Below, piece after piece: positions 57,629 through 60,816 of a stretch of 60,816 bases of DNA. The notes under the pieces were generated by a model. That model was given only the letters and a program-made list of their open reading frames with translations, made no database searches and was not told the DNA's origin. A program made the position numbers and the translations under genes. Positions within the stretch are counted from its first letter, which is position 1. Every line of letters starts with the position of its first letter. The DNA comes from a virus (Duplodnaviria > Caudoviricetes), in the IMG/VR virus record IMGVR_UViG_3300037882_001949, positions 1 to 60,816 of that record; one strand, written 5' to 3'.

Positions 57629-58757
57629 ATGAAAACATTTAAAATTGAAACATGTTCTTGCGGTTGTGGTAAATCATATCCTGTAGGAAAATCTAAACCA
57701 GCTGGTTGGAAACAAGAAGGTAATTCTGTTATTAGATTATCAGATAATGTAAAATTCTCTAAAGGTGATATTATACAAAGATTTACTGAACAAGGTAAAC
57801 AATATTGTGATATGATTATTAGCGATATTGATTTTTACTATAAAGGAAAAGATAGTAATCTTAGAGATACTTTTTATATAAGAGCTAAAATAGTTGAAAA
57901 TGCTGATATTCCTGAATATGTAAAATGTATTAAACAAATTTATGAAAATGATAATCCTAAAATAGGACAAATTATTAAAGCTGATATAAATGGTAATTTA
58001 CATGGTATATGTATGTATAATTCTATAACTTATAAAGATAATTTTATACCATCAACTAAAGAAGAATATGATGCTCAATTTGTTAAAAAAGATTATGAGA
58101 TATTATCTTTTAAAGTAAATACTTGCAAGTATACGTTAAAAGATAGTCAAAATGTATATAGCAACGGCATATTTAGCTATACATTAGAAAAAATATTATT
58201 TTATTTAACTGCTGTAAATAATCCAAGTGTAATACATAGTGTTAAACGTCTATCAGATGGTGAAATTTTTACTGTTGGTGTTTTGGGTACAACTTATTAT
58301 TTCAGGTGGATGGGAAAGTAATAATACAATATTATCAAAAATAGAAATATTAAATAGTAATGTTATATTTTATATTAATCAAAATGAACATAAAAATTTT
58401 AAATATGAACATGGTATAAATAATTGGAGAAAGTATATTCCTAAACAACCATTATTTAAAACTGAAGATGGTATTGATATTTATGAAGGTGATTCATTTT
58501 ATTGTGTAGATATTGGTCTGGTTAATAATTTTAAACCTTTTCCTAGATATGGTGGAGATGGTTTAGATTATAAATCTATAGAAGTTAAAAGTAGATGTTT
58601 TAAAGAATACAAAGCTGCTGAAAATTACATTAAATGTAATAAACCATGTTTATCATTAACAGAAGTATTAAATAATATTGATGGTTTAAATATATTAAAC
58701 AGAGATAATATTAAAAATAATATAACTAAACTAGTTAAATCTAAGTTAAATTTATAA
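57629..58757 (+). pseudogene. Single hypothetical gene split by a frameshift near 58280 (ORFs 57629-58321 and 58239-58757)
   Basis: SVKRLSDGEIFTVG in one frame continues as WVQLII...PLFKTEDGIDIYEGD...NKPCLSL in the other; possibly a sequencing error. Confidence 0.55.
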
Positions 58758-58760
58758 ATT

Positions 58761-59003
58761 ATGAAAACAATTAAGTTCATATTATGGTTTATATTACATA
58801 GTAATAATCAAGTACATATAATAAAAACATATTATACAGATTTAAAGTATTATGAATATAAAGTATATAAGTGTTATTATATATGTTGTTTAATACCAAT
58901 ATGGATAAAAATTGATAATTTTAATTCTATAAATGATAATAAAAAGTATTCATATTATGTAATGAATAGTAATATAATAACTGAAAATTTAATATACAAA
59001 TAA
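58761..59003 (+). CDS. Hypothetical protein
   Basis: 80-aa ORF. Confidence 0.45.
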   Translation: MKTIKFILWFILHSNNQVHIIKTYYTDLKYYEYKVYKCYYICCLIPIWIKIDNFNSINDNKKYSYYVMNSNIITENLIYK

Positions 59004-59022
59004 CTAAAAATAAATAATAAAA

Positions 59023-59208
59023 ATGGGATTTTTAAGCGGAATGTTTAGTGCTGTGGTAAAAACAGCACTAACACCAGTAGCAATTGTGAAAGATATAGTA
59101 AATATAGCAACTGATGAAGAAGCGGATTCAACAAAATCATTACTTGAAAGTGCTGGTGAAGATGTTATACAAGCAGCAGAAGATGCTGGAGATGGTAACA
59201 TTTTGTAA
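59023..59208 (+). CDS. Small amphipathic/acidic protein
   Basis: MGFLSGMFSAVVKTALTPVAIVKD... Confidence 0.65.
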   Translation: MGFLSGMFSAVVKTALTPVAIVKDIVNIATDEEADSTKSLLESAGEDVIQAAEDAGDGNIL

Positions 59209-59249
59209 TTATAATAATAAATAAAAATTAACAATTAAAAACAATAAAA

Positions 59250-59798
59250 ATGAAAAAAATATTAACTATATCAATAATTTTAGGAGTGTTAATTACAGGA
59301 ATAGTAATTTTATCAGGATTTGTATCATTTTCTAATGAAGAAATTACTTTACGAAGTAGTTTTAAGCAGAAATACGATGAAAGAACAGCTTTTTATGATA
59401 ATATGTGGAAAACATTAAGTCAAAAAGGTCAAATTGCTGTTAAAAATGATAGTTCTTTTAGGAAAAATATAGATATTATCATGAGTGGTCGTAAAGATTC
59501 TCAAGGTTTATTTATGAAATGGGTTACAGAAACAAATCCTAATGCTAACTATTCAGAAGTATCTGATTTATATAAAGATTTAAGTAGAGCTGTTGAAGCT
59601 AAACGTGAACAATTCTTTGTTGAAGAAAAGTATATGCAAGATATAGTCATGCAACATACCAATTTAATACAAAGATTCCCAGGTTCTTTATATAATAGTT
59701 TTTATGGTAGACAGATGCTTATTTATAAACCAATTACATCAACTATTACTGATGAAGTAATGCGTACTGGTAAAGATGATAATGTAAAAATATTTTAA
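59250..59798 (+). CDS. LemA-like membrane-anchored protein
   Basis: N-terminal TM; YDNMWK..SQ, W..E.NPN, VEAKREQF, FPGSL motifs. Confidence 0.65.
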   Translation: MKKILTISIILGVLITGIVILSGFVSFSNEEITLRSSFKQKYDERTAFYDNMWKTLSQKGQIAVKNDSSFRKNIDIIMSGRKDSQGLFMKWVTETNPNANYSEVSDLYKDLSRAVEAKREQFFVEEKYMQDIVMQHTNLIQRFPGSLYNSFYGRQMLIYKPITSTITDEVMRTGKDDNVKIF

Positions 59799-59800
59799 TT

Positions 59801-60816
59801 ATGATTTGGTATGCATTATTAATACCTATTATATTAACAATACTTTCATATGTTATATGGCATAAATTCTTTATTTGGTGGGAGTTATTAATTCCTACAA
59901 GTATTAGTTTATTAGCTATTGTAATATCATATTATTCACTTAAATATGTGGATATGAAAGATGTTGAATATAATGGTTATATTATTACAGAAGCTCGTTA
60001 TTATGAATCCTGGGAAACTTGGGTTCATAAAACATGCTCTTATACTACTTGTACAGGTAGTGGTAAAACTAGACATTGTACAACATATCATTATGATTGT
60101 TCATATTGTGATTATAATTCAGCTTATTGGGTAGCTATAGATAATTTTGGACATCAATTTAGTATTTCAGAAACTAAATATAAATCTTTAATTAAAAAAT
60201 GGTCTGCTACACCTAAATTCAATGAATTACATCGCAGTATTAATCATCATGGTTATTGTGGTAAAGATGGGGATATGTACAGTATTAAATGGGATAATAA
60301 AATAGAAACATCAGAATGTTCTGTTTTAGAAAAACCATTTCAAAATATACTTAAAGTAAATCATTCAGCTTTTCAATATCCTAATATAAGTGATGAACAA
60401 GCTGATAGTTTAAAATTATATCATTATCCTAATTTTTATGATACTTATAAACAACCAGCTATATTAGGTTTAGAATTAACTGGATTATCTAGATTAACTA
60501 GAGATTCTATACAAACTAAATTTGAATATTTAAATGGTAATTTAGGTCCTAAAAATAAAGTTAAAACATTTACACTTATATTTAAGAATAAACCAATTGA
60601 TATAGCTTTTAAACAAGAAGCTTATTGGGATGGTGGTAATCAAAATGAAGTTGTTATATGTATGGGTATAGACAATATTAATAAACTAGAATGGGTTAAA
60701 GTATTTTCTTGGTGTGATAATAAACGTATTATTGTTGATACCAGAGAGGATATAATGGAACTTAAATATTTTAAACCTAATAAGATATATAATATTTATT
60801 ATAATAATATAAATAA
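59801..60816 (+). CDS. Membrane protein partnered with the LemA-like gene (partial, runs off the window end)
   Basis: Manual translation MIWYALLIP... with two TM segments, DVEYNG..ARYYESW, YDCSYCD, AYWDGGNQNEVVIC, VFSWCD; no stop before the window end. Confidence 0.75.
   Translation, partial: MIWYALLIPIILTILSYVIWHKFFIWWELLIPTSISLLAIVISYYSLKYVDMKDVEYNGYIITEARYYESWETWVHKTCSYTTCTGSGKTRHCTTYHYDCSYCDYNSAYWVAIDNFGHQFSISETKYKSLIKKWSATPKFNELHRSINHHGYCGKDGDMYSIKWDNKIETSECSVLEKPFQNILKVNHSAFQYPNISDEQADSLKLYHYPNFYDTYKQPAILGLELTGLSRLTRDSIQTKFEYLNGNLGPKNKVKTFTLIFKNKPIDIAFKQEAYWDGGNQNEVVICMGIDNINKLEWVKVFSWCDNKRIIVDTREDIMELKYFKPNKIYNIYYNNIN

Noticed and set aside
1-60816. CRISPR array, integrase, reverse transcriptase or rRNA
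   Set aside because: No regularly spaced direct repeats, tyrosine/serine recombinase motifs, YxDD RT motifs in context or rRNA-like sequence were seen by eye

Overview
AT-rich segment of a crAss-like (Crassvirales-type) phage genome with a probable Bacteroidota host, read in the standard genetic code. 1-4.9 kb (+): end of a metabolic module. It holds an N-terminally incomplete NAMPT gene carrying an intein, an in-frame TAA and a group I intron with a LAGLIDADG endonuclease, plus small genes including a probable orphan DGR-target gene. 4.9-51.4 kb (-): the virion module, comprising ejected cargo proteins with a 3513-aa virion RNA polymerase, tail/ring proteins, a lysis cassette, fibres, major capsid, portal and terminase. 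It continues with three tRNAs, GroES, a Tad2-family anti-defence protein and small hypotheticals. 51.6-60.8 kb (+): a divergent, probably early region rich in small ORFs, long G-U hairpins, three more tRNAs, a tmRNA with an unusually long 42-codon tag, and several unclassified structured RNA candidates (one 6S-like). All calls come from reading motifs by eye; no database searches were run.
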